Positions 27,017 to 37,346 of a DNA stretch of 64,000 nucleotides are shown piece after piece (position 1 is the first letter of the stretch; each line of letters begins with the position of its first letter). The notes under the pieces were generated by a model that was not told the origin of the DNA, did no database searches, and saw nothing but the letters and a program-made list of their open reading frames with translations. Source of the DNA: Thermoproteota archaeon (GTDB lineage: Archaea > Korarchaeota > Korarchaeia > Korarchaeales > Korarchaeaceae); NCBI GenBank assembly GCA_027491435.1, contig JAOZFG010000004.1:192001-256000 (forward strand), given 5' to 3'. A program made the position numbers and the translations under genes.

Positions 27017-27889
27017 ATGAGACTAGCTGAGAGGGTAGCCATAGCCTCCTTGCTAGTTTCATTGATAATAGCCTTAACAAAGGTTTATATATTCCTAGTC
27101 ACCAGCAGCGTCGTCGTACTAGCTGAGACTGTTGACTCCTTAGGAGATGTGTTAACCTCTGCTATAGCGTTAATTAGTGTGAGGTTCTCGGGGGTTCCCC
27201 CGGACGAGGACCACCCTTACGGACATGAAAAGATTGACAGCCTCTTCGGGATGCTCTCCTCCTTTCTCCTAATAGAGCTAGAGATTGTTGTCTTATTTAA
27301 CGCTTTGACCTCTCTAGTAAAGGGCCCTAACCCCCCTAGGGTTGACAATTGGGTCCTGGCGACCTTCGCATCGCTCTCATTGGTAAACCTCTTAAGGTCT
27401 CTATACCTCTGGAGGGCGGGAGAAGAGGAGACCAGCAGGACTCTTAAATCAGAGGCAATAAATTACGGTTGGGATTCGGGCAGGACTATTTTGGTGGCCG
27501 GCTTACTTCTTATAGCTAGGGAGTTTGCGCCTTGGGTTGATCCGACCTCGGCCCTGGTTATAACATCTCTAGTTATTCCATCAACCCTGAGGGTGTTCAT
27601 CTCCTCAGCAAAGGACCTGATAGATATGATAGAACCTAAGATCCTAGTGGAGGTTGGCTCGGTGATAGGCTCCATCAAGGGAGTGAGGTCGGTGAAGTAC
27701 GTTAGGGCTAGGAGGGTCGGTGGAAAGCTGTTTGTTGACTCCTTGATATGCGTGGAAGACCACATGAAGCCCGAGGATATAAAGAGGATGCATAGGGAGG
27801 TGAGGGCCGAGTTGGAGAGGAGGTTTGGTAAGGTGGACGTGGTACTTTCAGTCACCCCACCTGAAACTCACAGTTTGAACTCCTCATAA
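27017..27889 (+). CDS. Cation diffusion facilitator (FieF-like)
   Basis: 6 TM segments, PPDEDHPYGH.K, C-terminal VRARRVG..LFVD dimerisation domain. Confidence 0.9.
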   Translation: MRLAERVAIASLLVSLIIALTKVYIFLVTSSVVVLAETVDSLGDVLTSAIALISVRFSGVPPDEDHPYGHEKIDSLFGMLSSFLLIELEIVVLFNALTSLVKGPNPPRVDNWVLATFASLSLVNLLRSLYLWRAGEEETSRTLKSEAINYGWDSGRTILVAGLLLIAREFAPWVDPTSALVITSLVIPSTLRVFISSAKDLIDMIEPKILVEVGSVIGSIKGVRSVKYVRARRVGGKLFVDSLICVEDHMKPEDIKRMHREVRAELERRFGKVDVVLSVTPPETHSLNSS

Positions 27890-29220
27890 ATTGCTCTGGC
27901 TGCCTCAACCCCATCCTTCCCATCTACCACGAAGGATATATTTATCTCGGAGGATCCCTGGGATATCATCTTCACGTTAATACCCCTCTCGGCAACCGCT
28001 TTAAAGACCCTGGCAGCAACCCCTGGGGTGCCCCTCATACCGGCCCCTATGGCTGAAACCACCGACAAGTTATCCTCAACACTTATCTCAGAGAATATAG
28101 GCCCTAGCAGCAAGTCCTCAAGCACGTTAGAGGTCATGGAAGAGTCCTTTCCGTCTACAACTAAGGATATGGACGACTCAGAGACACTCTGAGAGATCAT
28201 CAACACGTTAATTCCGTGATCTCCCAACACCGTGAACAACCTTCCAGCCGTCCCGGGCCTCCCTATCATCCCCACTCCCCTCACTGTTATTATGGAAACG
28301 TCCTCTCTGAGACCTACGGCCTTAACTATGCCCTCCTTCACCTCCTCCTCTTTACTGACTAGCGTTCCCGGGTCCTCTCTCTTCCAGAAGTTCCTTATCC
28401 TGACGGGGACCTCCTTTCTCATCGCAGGCTCCAGAAACTTGGGGTGCATTCCCTTTGCCCCGAAGAAGGAGAGCTCAATTGCCTCCCTGTAGGAGACCTT
28501 CCTTAAGACCCTGGGATTCTTGACAACTTTAGGGCTCACTGACAGGAGGCCGTCTACGTCAGTCCATAGCACGACTTCATCAGCCCTCAAGGCTGCCCCA
28601 ATTAAGGTGGCCGTTAAGTCGCTACCTCCCCTGCCTAGAGTAGTTACCCTGCCATCTTGGGTTTCCCCAGTGAATCCAGCGACTACTGGAAGGGTGTCAG
28701 GCAGCAAAGCCCCAAGCCTATTCCTTATGTAGACTTCTGAAGCCCTGTAAAGGGGGTTAGCGTCTCCAAACCTGTCATCTGTTACAATTCCAGCCTCCCC
28801 TCCCATCATGAACCTGGCGTTTATCCCCCTCCTCCTCAGCTCCTTGACCACTATATTACCGACGAGCCTTTCACCGAAAGATGCTACGAAATCCCTGGAC
28901 TTGGGGCTCAACTCTCCCAAGTAGAAGATGCCAGTTAACGCCCTCTCCAATATTGAGAGGTCCTCGTCTATCGCGCCTCTAAGGTCTAAAGCCGCCATAA
29001 CTTCATCGTGTATCTCCCTAAGCTTTAGAAACTTGTTTTTGAGCTCCTCTTCCTTTCCTTCACTGGCTAAGTAAGCCATGTCTAGCAGCAAATCTGTGAC
29101 CCCCTTAACGGCCGAGACTACAGCTACATTTCCCTGGCCTTGACCCTCGAGGTAGTCTATTACCTTCAGGACGTCCTCAGGTAGCCTCATCACCGAGCCT
29201 CCAAATTTCATTACAAGCAT
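27868..29220 (-). CDS. lysC: Aspartate kinase
   Basis: KFGGS, SFGERL, TTLGRGGSD, WTDVDG motifs and two ACT domains. Confidence 0.95.
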   Translation of the reverse strand: MLVMKFGGSVMRLPEDVLKVIDYLEGQGQGNVAVVSAVKGVTDLLLDMAYLASEGKEEELKNKFLKLREIHDEVMAALDLRGAIDEDLSILERALTGIFYLGELSPKSRDFVASFGERLVGNIVVKELRRRGINARFMMGGEAGIVTDDRFGDANPLYRASEVYIRNRLGALLPDTLPVVAGFTGETQDGRVTTLGRGGSDLTATLIGAALRADEVVLWTDVDGLLSVSPKVVKNPRVLRKVSYREAIELSFFGAKGMHPKFLEPAMRKEVPVRIRNFWKREDPGTLVSKEEEVKEGIVKAVGLREDVSIITVRGVGMIGRPGTAGRLFTVLGDHGINVLMISQSVSESSISLVVDGKDSSMTSNVLEDLLLGPIFSEISVEDNLSVVSAIGAGMRGTPGVAARVFKAVAERGINVKMISQGSSEINISFVVDGKDGVEAARAIYEEFKL

Positions 29221-30221
29221 CTCCCATCACCTGCAAGCCTGACCTTTAACTCTACCAAGTCCCTGATAACGGCGGCAGCGGTCTCCCTGCCGCCAGCACC
29301 CTTACCGACTAAAGTTTGTTTGCCAGAGATCTCCGCCTCAACTTGAAGGGCGTTTAAAGCCCCCTTCACGTTTAAGGGGCTCTTCAAGCTGATCCTCTGG
29401 GGTTTCACGAGGTGACTTTCCCCGTCGGAGTAGGCGATGAGCTTGTAGGTTTCGCCATTTCTTAAGGCATCGCTCACGTTTTCAAGCCCTATGTCCCTAA
29501 TTCCCTCTACTTCGACGTCTCTTAAGGTTACCCCGCTCTGAAACGCCACGTTCGACAGGATTACGAGCTTGGCAGCGGAGTCCCACCCATCGACGTCGGC
29601 GCTGGGATCAGCCTCGGCATACCCCAATTTCTGAGCCTCTTTCAACGCTTTCTCAAAGCTAAGGCCCTCTTCCATCCTAGTCAGGATGTAGTTAGTGGTC
29701 CCATTTATTATCCCCCTGATTCTGATAACTCTCTCGCCTAGGAGGCACCTGCTAACGAACCTTATGAAGGGAGTACCTCCTCCCACAGCCCCGCTGAACA
29801 GGAAGTGAACCCCGTTATATTCGGCCAGCTCCATCAGAGCTGGCATCTCGACGGCTAACGGGCCTTTATTGGCGGTGATCACATGCTTGCCCGCCGAGAG
29901 GGCCTCCCTTATGTACCTCACTGCTGGCATCCCGTCTTTCAGGTTAGTTGGGGTGAGCTCCACTAAGACGTCCGTACCCCCCTTGATCAACTCGGTCAGG
30001 CTAGCTCTGTTAGGATGGTCGTTCAGGATCCCCCTTTCCTTCATCTTCAGGATCTCTGCTATGTTAAGGCCTTCTTCGTTATACACGGCGGTCTTCGAGT
30101 CGGCAACTCCCACCACCTTCAAGTTTAACCCATATTTGCTCTTCAACTCATGCCCTCTCTCCTGTACTTCCCTCAGCAGGGCCCTACCTACTGTCCCAAG
30201 CCCTATGATCACCGCTTTCAT
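29211..30221 (-). CDS. hom: Homoserine dehydrogenase
   Basis: GLGTVG, TANKGP, AVGGGTP, NGTTNYIL, GYAEADP and GAGG.ETA motifs. Confidence 0.95.
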   Translation of the reverse strand: MKAVIIGLGTVGRALLREVQERGHELKSKYGLNLKVVGVADSKTAVYNEEGLNIAEILKMKERGILNDHPNRASLTELIKGGTDVLVELTPTNLKDGMPAVRYIREALSAGKHVITANKGPLAVEMPALMELAEYNGVHFLFSGAVGGGTPFIRFVSRCLLGERVIRIRGIINGTTNYILTRMEEGLSFEKALKEAQKLGYAEADPSADVDGWDSAAKLVILSNVAFQSGVTLRDVEVEGIRDIGLENVSDALRNGETYKLIAYSDGESHLVKPQRISLKSPLNVKGALNALQVEAEISGKQTLVGKGAGGRETAAAVIRDLVELKVRLAGDGRCL

Positions 30222-30281
30222 TAACCATGCCTAATAGTCTAGAATTAAAAAGGGGAGGCCCCTAAAATACCAGTGATAAAA

Positions 30282-30923
30282 ATGTCGCTGATTAAGGAGG
30301 AGATAAAAATCTTATTGTATGAGATCAGGAAATTGAGTAATATTGCATTGGAGTTAACGGGACTTTGCGTAGAAGTTTTCGTCAATAAGAGAAAAGTAGA
30401 CGGGTTAGTTAAGCAGGTGGAGGAGAAGAGCAACGTGATAAGTTTCTCATACATGGAGCTTAAGGAGAAGGTTTCTCAGGTTATAGCCAGGTATCAGCCG
30501 ATGGCTGATGACCTGAGAACCCTGATCTCCATCATGGAGATTGGGTACGGGCTTAATAGGCTGGGCAGGTACTCAAGGAATATAGCTCAGGTGTTGGAGG
30601 CCTTCCAAGAGGTGGAGAGGTGCGACACGTCAATAGTGGTGACCCCGGCTGAAGTGGTCAACAGGATGGTTGAGATGGCCCTGAAGGCCTACGAGGAGAG
30701 GGACGCTTCCTTGGCTAGGGAGGTTATCTCCATGGACGACACAGTGGATGGAGCTTACAACTCCTACATGAAGAAGGTTATCGAGGGTGAGGAGAAAGAT
30801 CCCAAGTGCGCCGTGGCCAACACCCTCATACTCAGGTATCTGGAGAGGATGGCGGATCACGCCGTTCAGATAGCCGAAGAGTCCCTCTACATGATAGAGG
30901 GCTCCTATCTAATCGGACGCTAG
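30282..30923 (+). CDS. phoU: Phosphate uptake regulator PhoU
   Basis: IARYQP.ADDLR, DD.VD and RYLERMADHA.IAE motifs. Confidence 0.85.
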   Translation: MSLIKEEIKILLYEIRKLSNIALELTGLCVEVFVNKRKVDGLVKQVEEKSNVISFSYMELKEKVSQVIARYQPMADDLRTLISIMEIGYGLNRLGRYSRNIAQVLEAFQEVERCDTSIVVTPAEVVNRMVEMALKAYEERDASLAREVISMDDTVDGAYNSYMKKVIEGEEKDPKCAVANTLILRYLERMADHAVQIAEESLYMIEGSYLIGR

Positions 30924-31934
30924 CCTCTTCCTCAGCTCTTCTAATAGGAGGGGGATCACCTCTCTGTAATCTGCCACCACCCCATAGTCACAACTCTCGA
31001 ATATGGGGGCTTTGGGGTCCCTGTTTATGGCCACTATCACCTTGGCCGATTGGACGCCGACCATGTGCTGGGAGGTACCTGATATGCCTACAGCTATGTA
31101 GAGGTCCGGCCTTATGGTCTTCCCAGTCTGTCCAACTTGTCTACTTCTGGGAAGCCATCCCAGGTCTACTATCTTCCTGCTACCGGCCAAGGCCCCGCCC
31201 AATAGGCGAGCCAGCTCCCTTAACATTTCCAGCCCTTTAGGGATGCCCAACCCGTATCCGCCTGCGACCACCACCTTGGCCTTGTCGATGGGCATCTCAA
31301 CCTGAGACGTCTCCCTAAACTCCAGAAGCTCAACTTCTGAGGGATCAACCTTAACGGGCTCTCTTATTACCTCACCACTTCTGTTCTCATCTCTCGGCGG
31401 TGTTGGAAAGACGTTGGGCCTGACTGAGGCCATCTGAGGCCTCCTATCTGGCGTCACTATCTTAGCAAATATCTTGCCGCCGAAGGCGGGCCTAATCTGG
31501 ATCAAGTTTCCCCTCTCATCCACGTCAAAGGCGGTGCAGTCGGCAGTCAACCCCGTCCTCAAGGGAATAGCTACTGAGCTAGCAACCTCCCTGCCCCTTC
31601 TCGTCCCGGGAAAGAGCACTATTTCGGGTTTGTACTTCACTATTAGTTTGTAGAGGGCTTGGGAGTACTTCTGTGGGTTATACGTGAGTAAATCGGGACT
31701 ATCAGCGACGATCACCTGATCGGCCCCCCGATAAATGGCCTCCTTGGGCAGATCTCCCAGATCATGCCCTACGATTATTCCCGTTAGGGGAACCTCCAAC
31801 CTGTCAGCCAGCCTTCTCCCCTCTCCTAAGAGTTGGAGGGACGCCTCCTCTATCGAGTCTCCCCAAGTCTCCAGGAAGACCCATACGCCCCTCCACTCAT
31901 CCTTGTTGACGGGGGGCCATTCCTTACAGACCAC
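30909..31934 (-). CDS. etfA: Electron transfer flavoprotein alpha subunit (bifurcating-type signature)
   Basis: TGLTADCT, RPAFGG, QMASVRP, QVGQTG and GISG..QH motifs. Confidence 0.92.
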   Translation of the reverse strand: MVCKEWPPVNKDEWRGVWVFLETWGDSIEEASLQLLGEGRRLADRLEVPLTGIIVGHDLGDLPKEAIYRGADQVIVADSPDLLTYNPQKYSQALYKLIVKYKPEIVLFPGTRRGREVASSVAIPLRTGLTADCTAFDVDERGNLIQIRPAFGGKIFAKIVTPDRRPQMASVRPNVFPTPPRDENRSGEVIREPVKVDPSEVELLEFRETSQVEMPIDKAKVVVAGGYGLGIPKGLEMLRELARLLGGALAGSRKIVDLGWLPRSRQVGQTGKTIRPDLYIAVGISGTSQHMVGVQSAKVIVAINRDPKAPIFESCDYGVVADYREVIPLLLEELRKRLASD

Positions 31935-32712
31935 CCTTCAACACCTCCAGAATCTTATCCGCCAACCACTTAGCAGCCTCAGCCGCCTCGCCCTGAAAGA
32001 TCTCCCCCCTCCTCTTAGGAGGCTCTACCACAACCATGTCAACTACTCTAGTGGGAGATCCGGGAAATCCTACGCACTCGGGATCTATTCCAAGGTCATC
32101 CAAGCTCCAGAAATCGATGGCCCTCTTGGCCCTTATCTTACCCCTTATGGTGGGCCTCCTCGGCTTGTTCGCCCCTAGCACTACGGTTAGCAGGGCGGGA
32201 AGCCCAAGCCTCCAGACTTCAACCCCTCTCTCGCTTTCCCTCTCAACGGTTATGCTCTCATCCCCTATCTCAAGCACCTTGTGAACGTAGCTTATGAACG
32301 GAATCCCTAGGTGAACTGCAATTCCAGGTCCAACTTGACCGGTGGCGCTATCTATAGTCTCCTCACCGACCAATATCAGATCAGCCTTCAACTTCTTGGC
32401 GGCTTCAGCCAACACCCTTGAGGTGGCTAGGGTATCAGCCCCCGCCATTCTCCTATCCGTTAGCAGGATTCCCCTATCAGCCCCCATGGACACGGCTTCC
32501 ATCAGCCCCTCCTTAGCCACTGGAGGGGCCATGCTAACGGCTATGACCTCCCCTCCAACCTTATCCCTTATCTGAAGGCCCATCTCCAGGGCGTTTAAGT
32601 CTGGGGGGTTTACTACGCTCTCTACCCCGACTCTAACCAAAGTCTTAGTCACCGGGTCGAACTTCATCTGGTCTACTCTGGGCACCCACTTTATTCCAAC
32701 CAGAATTCTCAT
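31924..32712 (-). CDS. etfB: Electron transfer flavoprotein beta subunit (bifurcating-type signature)
   Basis: K.VP, NPPD.NALE, AGADTLATS, D..TGQVGP and G..GSPT.V motifs; ATG at 32712. Confidence 0.92.
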   Translation of the reverse strand: MRILVGIKWVPRVDQMKFDPVTKTLVRVGVESVVNPPDLNALEMGLQIRDKVGGEVIAVSMAPPVAKEGLMEAVSMGADRGILLTDRRMAGADTLATSRVLAEAAKKLKADLILVGEETIDSATGQVGPGIAVHLGIPFISYVHKVLEIGDESITVERESERGVEVWRLGLPALLTVVLGANKPRRPTIRGKIRAKRAIDFWSLDDLGIDPECVGFPGSPTRVVDMVVVEPPKRRGEIFQGEAAEAAKWLADKILEVLKGGL

Positions 32713-32740
32713 TTTTAAAGCCCCTAAAAAAGAAAAGGGG

Positions 32741-33943
32741 TTACTTTTTGTAGGGAAGGTGCTCCTTACCCAGCAGGAACCTGGCAATTATCAACCTCAT
32801 TATGTTCTGTCCGCCCTCAGCTCCGACGTAGTAACTCATGACTCCTCTAAGGGCCATCTCTAGTGGGGTATCCTTAGTATAACCGTAGGCACCTGTGGCC
32901 TTCATGAACTCCTTTATAGCATCAACTGAGAGTTCTGGAGCCAGCAGCTTAGCCATAGCAGCCCATAAACCTACTTCCTTTATTGTAGCGTTACCCTTGT
33001 CAAATTGATCTATCATCCAAGCGGCCTTGTATATCACCAGCCTAGTAGCTTCCAGCTTAGAGTAGTAATCCACCAGCGGGAACTGTATACCCTCGAAGGA
33101 GGCTAAAGACCTACCAAAGACGTTCCTGTTCTTCACGTACTCAGCAGTATAATCGAACATGCCCATTGCAGCCCCAGTGCAACCAGCAGCTACGAATACT
33201 CTAGCCCTGTTGAACCCCTCCATGGCTATCTTGAACCCCTCGTTAACCTCACCTATCAGGTAGTCGTCCGGCAGCTTGACGTTGTTTAACCTCATCCACC
33301 CGGTGCTTATCCCGCACCTGCCCATATCCTCGAAGAGCCCTGTTTCTATCCCAGGAGCGTCTATGGGAAGCCAGAAGATGCTCATCCCCCTGGAACCAGC
33401 CTCCGGCTTTGTCTTAACTAGCGTAACGTAGCCTCCACCCAGCTCTTGTGCCTCAACTATGCCACTTATGAAGGTCTTCTCCCCGTTTAACACCCAGTGG
33501 TCGTCCTCCTTCTTAGCTAATGTCTTGAAACCGGCCACGTCACTTCCGCTCTGAGGCTCAGTTGAGTTAATCCCTACAAACCCCTCCCCCCTAGCCGCCT
33601 TACTCAGGACCTCCTTAGCCAACTCGGGCTTAGCGTATCTCTCCACTATTTTACCCCAAGAGGCCTCCACCAAGTGGAACACGGCAGTAGCCACGCTGGG
33701 ATCAGCCCGAGCTAACTCCTCGGTGGCGATGGTTCCCATGACCCAGCTCGCACCCTGCCCTCCATACTCGGGCTTTATCGTCAACAGCAAAATTCCATTC
33801 TCTGCTAAGGCCTTTATGACTTCCTCAGGAATTCTGCATTTGGTGTCAATCTCCCTAGCCCTCGGAGCCAGAACCTCTGAGAGGAGTTCCCTCAAACTAG
33901 ACCTGAAGACCTCTTCCTCCTCAGTAAAACCAAAGTCCACCAA
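32741..33943 (-). CDS. Acyl-CoA dehydrogenase
   Basis: TEPQSGSD, LNGEK.FIS, R..FG..L..F.GIQ, GAYGY and EGG.NIMR motifs. Confidence 0.93.
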   Translation of the reverse strand: MVDFGFTEEEEVFRSSLRELLSEVLAPRAREIDTKCRIPEEVIKALAENGILLLTIKPEYGGQGASWVMGTIATEELARADPSVATAVFHLVEASWGKIVERYAKPELAKEVLSKAARGEGFVGINSTEPQSGSDVAGFKTLAKKEDDHWVLNGEKTFISGIVEAQELGGGYVTLVKTKPEAGSRGMSIFWLPIDAPGIETGLFEDMGRCGISTGWMRLNNVKLPDDYLIGEVNEGFKIAMEGFNRARVFVAAGCTGAAMGMFDYTAEYVKNRNVFGRSLASFEGIQFPLVDYYSKLEATRLVIYKAAWMIDQFDKGNATIKEVGLWAAMAKLLAPELSVDAIKEFMKATGAYGYTKDTPLEMALRGVMSYYVGAEGGQNIMRLIIARFLLGKEHLPYKK

Positions 33944-33989
33944 TCGGGGTTCACCCCGTCCCTATTAAACAGGAAAAATTTAAAGTATC

Positions 33990-34286
33990 TTAACCGAACC
34001 GGTAGACCACTCCCTTGCCTCCCCTAGGGTAGCTCCAATGCAAATTGTTGTAAGGACATATTAGGAGGCAGGTGCCACACTCTAAGCAGCCCTCGTAGTT
34101 GTACATCATCTCGTTCGTGTGGGAGTTCCACTCATAAAGCTTAGCTGGACATCCCCTCTCACAGGCTCTAGTTTCACATTTTCTGCAGACTTCCTGATCA
34201 AGTATCCATATGTGGGGCTCCTCATCAACCTCGAAGTGGGTGGAAGCTAGCTTATCCTCCACGGAGAGCTCGAACAGCTTAGACAT
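33990..34286 (-). CDS. fixX: FixX-type ferredoxin
   Basis: C...CPA, CLECGTC...C and W.YPRGG.GV.YRFG motifs. Confidence 0.9.
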   Translation of the reverse strand: MSKLFELSVEDKLASTHFEVDEEPHIWILDQEVCRKCETRACERGCPAKLYEWNSHTNEMMYNYEGCLECGTCLLICPYNNLHWSYPRGGKGVVYRFG

Positions 34287-34359
34287 GTTAACCCCTGTTA
34301 ACTGAAGGCCATAACTAATAATTTTTTGATATTCCCCTTCCTAGACAGCCGGTGATCCC

Positions 34360-35136
34360 ATGAACATAGCGGTTCTCCTTAAGCAGTCAATTGACGTTCA
34401 GGAGCTTATGGTAGATCCAGACTCAGATAAGATCTACCTGGAGGAAGCTCCGACGAAACCTGGGGAGATAGACCTCAATGCCGTGGAAGAGGCCGTCAGG
34501 ATTAAGGAGAAGGTCGGGGGCAAGGCCACTCTTATAATGTTGTCCACTTGGGGATCGTCAGGGAAGAGGAAGAGGGAAGCGAGGGAGGCGATTAAGCGGT
34601 CTCTAGCCATGGGCCTCGACGACGCCATCTTCATATTTGGAGCCGATGGCAGGGAGGTAGACACCTACGTTTCAGCCAAGGTGATCGCCGAGAAGGTTAG
34701 GGAGATAGAAGCTAATCTAGTTCTGGCTGGGGAGGGAAGTGAGGACAACTTCACAGGCCTTCTACCAGCTAGGGTAGCTGCTGAGCTGGGCTGGCCCTAC
34801 GTGGCCTACGCCACCTCGATAGAGGTTGAGGGAGATCACCTAATAGTGACCAGAAGCCTGGAGGACTACGAGGAGAAGGTTAAGGTGAAGCTGCCCGCCG
34901 TTATCTCAGTTACCCAGGAGATAAACAAGCCCAGGATACCCAAGCTGATGGAGATAGTAAAGGCTGGGAAAAAACCTGTTAAAGAGGAGGAATTTAATAA
35001 GAAACATGAATCAAAACTGAAGATTAAGTCTATAAAAGTTCCTAAAGTAGAGAGGAAAAAAGTGGTTATTGAGGGAGATTTAGACGAGGTCCTGGACAAA
35101 CTCCTGCAGGCTCTCAAAGAGGAGGGAGTGATATAG
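34360..35136 (+). CDS. fixA: Electron transfer flavoprotein beta subunit (FixA-like)
   Basis: LKQ..D, D.NAVEEA, ALAMG-like SLAMG.D, G..S.D..TG and IN.PRIP motifs. Confidence 0.88.
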   Translation: MNIAVLLKQSIDVQELMVDPDSDKIYLEEAPTKPGEIDLNAVEEAVRIKEKVGGKATLIMLSTWGSSGKRKREAREAIKRSLAMGLDDAIFIFGADGREVDTYVSAKVIAEKVREIEANLVLAGEGSEDNFTGLLPARVAAELGWPYVAYATSIEVEGDHLIVTRSLEDYEEKVKVKLPAVISVTQEINKPRIPKLMEIVKAGKKPVKEEEFNKKHESKLKIKSIKVPKVERKKVVIEGDLDEVLDKLLQALKEEGVI

Positions 35137-35148
35137 GGGGGCGTTGTC

Positions 35149-36042
35149 ATGAGGGTGGTCATCTATTCTGACGTGTTGGACCTGGCCAAAGAGCTTATTG
35201 GGCTTGCTAACGAGCTTAATGCTGAAACTGAGCTAATTTTAGCTGGAATGGAGCCTGATAACGTGGTGGGAGTCGATAGAATCACGCTTTACAGGGGCAT
35301 TTCTCCGGAGGACCAGGAACTAGTGTTAGAGGCGCTGAAACAGGCTGAAGCAGACCTCTACCTGCTCTCTAATGACAGAAGGGGTAGGGAGTTAGTGGGG
35401 TTGCTGGCCCACTCTAAAGGAGGGGCTTCAATTGTAGATGCCACCAGCGTTAAGGTGGAAGGGGACAGGGTGATAGCCGAGAGGATGACTCTGGGCGGTA
35501 AGGGCGTGGCCGTGGAGGAGGCCAAGATGCCTGCGGTCATATCTGTGATGGCAGGCAAGTACAAGCCGCCAGAGGAGGGTAAATCCCCTGAAATAATTGA
35601 GAAGGAAGCTCCTTCAATAGAGAGGAGGGTTGAACTCGTCGACAAGAAGGAAAAGCCCAAGGTAGGGGTTCCCCTGGATAAGGCGGATGTGGTGATAGCT
35701 GTAGGCAGGGGCTTCAAGAAGAAGGAGGATCTTAAGATGGCCTACGAGCTGGCCGAAATCCTGGGGGGCGTGGTCGGCGCCACCAGGCCACTGGCCGCTG
35801 ACCTCAAGTGGATGCCCGAGGAGGTCTGGATAGGAATAAGCGGAGTTAGGATAAGGCCAAAGCTCCTCATAGTCATTGGGGCATCTGGACAACAGCAGTT
35901 CTCGGCAGGCATAATGGACTCCAAGGTTGTCGTGGCCATAAACAACGACGAGAAGGCCCCCATATTTGAGGTCTCCGACTACGGCATAGTGGCTGACTTG
36001 TATGAGGCGGTTCCCAAGCTTATAGAGAAGCTGAAAAGGTGA
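35149..36042 (+). CDS. fixB: Electron transfer flavoprotein alpha subunit (FixB-like)
   Basis: GRG, GATRP, IGISG, GASGQ.Q and AIN.D..APIF...DYGIV.D motifs. Confidence 0.88.
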   Translation: MRVVIYSDVLDLAKELIGLANELNAETELILAGMEPDNVVGVDRITLYRGISPEDQELVLEALKQAEADLYLLSNDRRGRELVGLLAHSKGGASIVDATSVKVEGDRVIAERMTLGGKGVAVEEAKMPAVISVMAGKYKPPEEGKSPEIIEKEAPSIERRVELVDKKEKPKVGVPLDKADVVIAVGRGFKKKEDLKMAYELAEILGGVVGATRPLAADLKWMPEEVWIGISGVRIRPKLLIVIGASGQQQFSAGIMDSKVVVAINNDEKAPIFEVSDYGIVADLYEAVPKLIEKLKR

Positions 36043-36047
36043 ACTTG

Positions 36048-37334
36048 ATGGCTGATTTCGACGTAATAGTTGTGGGCGCGGGCCCTGCCGGGTCCGTCGC
36101 CTCCTACCTACTAGCTAAAAAGGGGTACACCGTGCTACTAGTTGATAGAGGGAAGAGGGTAGGCTCCAAGAACATGTTCGGTGGGAGGCTGTACGCTTGG
36201 TCCCTTCAGGAGGTCTTCCCTAACTTCTGGGAAGAAGCTCCAGTAGAGAGAGAGGTTAAGAAGGAAGTTTTGGGATTCATCTCGGGAAACGAGGGGGTGG
36301 AGGTATCCCTGAGCTGGGAACCTCAGGCTAAGAGCTTCACTCTCCTCAGGGCCAAATTCGACGAGTGGCTCTCACAGAAGGCTGAAGACGCTGGAGTTGA
36401 GGTTATATCAGGCATAAGGGTGGAAAGTCCGCTAATAGAAGGCGGCAAGGTTAAGGGGATAGTGGCGGAAGGGGATGAGCGACTGGAATCAGAGGTGGTG
36501 GTGGCTGCTGACGGGGTCCTCAGTTTTATGGCAGAGAAAGCGGGTCTGCGACCGCCCTTAAGGAAAGAAGACTTTGCAGTTGGCGTTAAAGAGGTAATTG
36601 AGCTTCCCAAGGAGAAGATAGAGGACAGGTTCGGGCTGGAAGGTAAGGAAGGCGCAGCTCAACTTTACATAGGCTTCACGGGAGGGGTTATAGGAGGTGG
36701 CTTCATATACACGAACCTGAACACGATATCCCTGGGAGTGGTGGCCAGAATAGGCTCCCTTTACGAGAGCTTGGACAAGGTTCAGTACTCAATGTGGAAC
36801 TTGCTGGATGAGTTTAAAGCGCACCCCATGATCAGGAAGTACGTGAGGGGCGGTAAGCTCGTTGAGTACTCTGCACACCTGATACCTGAGACGCAGTTCC
36901 TTAGGGAGGTAAAGCTCTATAGCGATGGGATAGTCTTAGTAGGCGACGCCGCTGGTTTCTGCGTTAACTACGGAGTCACCGTCAGGGGAATGGACTTCGC
37001 AATAGAGAGCGCCAAGGCAGCCGCCGAAGCAATAGATCATGCCCTCAAATCTGGAGGGGCTACCTCATCTAACTTGTCCAAATATCTGGAGCTGCTCAAC
37101 AAGGGCATGATGAGGGAGCTGGACCAGGCTAAGAAAGCAGTAGATCTGATGGAGAACCCCAGAATATACACCTCCTACCCGAACCTAATCATTAAGCTTA
37201 TGAAGCACATGTTCCACGTTAGTGGTAGGCCCAGGAAGAGCCTCTACGAAGCTTCAAAGGAGTTCATGAAGGAAGAAAGCATTTCCTTGTTTACAGCAAT
37301 TAGGGACATCTGGAAAATGTTAAGGAGCTTGTAG
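36048..37334 (+). CDS. fixC: FixC-type ETF:quinone oxidoreductase flavoprotein
   Basis: GSKNMFGG, EAPVER, VGVKE, GGGFIYTN, EYSAHLIPE and RGMDFAI motifs. Confidence 0.9.
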   Translation: MADFDVIVVGAGPAGSVASYLLAKKGYTVLLVDRGKRVGSKNMFGGRLYAWSLQEVFPNFWEEAPVEREVKKEVLGFISGNEGVEVSLSWEPQAKSFTLLRAKFDEWLSQKAEDAGVEVISGIRVESPLIEGGKVKGIVAEGDERLESEVVVAADGVLSFMAEKAGLRPPLRKEDFAVGVKEVIELPKEKIEDRFGLEGKEGAAQLYIGFTGGVIGGGFIYTNLNTISLGVVARIGSLYESLDKVQYSMWNLLDEFKAHPMIRKYVRGGKLVEYSAHLIPETQFLREVKLYSDGIVLVGDAAGFCVNYGVTVRGMDFAIESAKAAAEAIDHALKSGGATSSNLSKYLELLNKGMMRELDQAKKAVDLMENPRIYTSYPNLIIKLMKHMFHVSGRPRKSLYEASKEFMKEESISLFTAIRDIWKMLRSL

Positions 37335-37346
37335 CAGGGTGATCTT

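Noticed and set aside
32713-32787. N-terminal extension of etfB in the ORF track
   Set aside because: It overlaps the ACAD 3' end and a T-rich spacer; family homology starts at MRILVGIK (32712).
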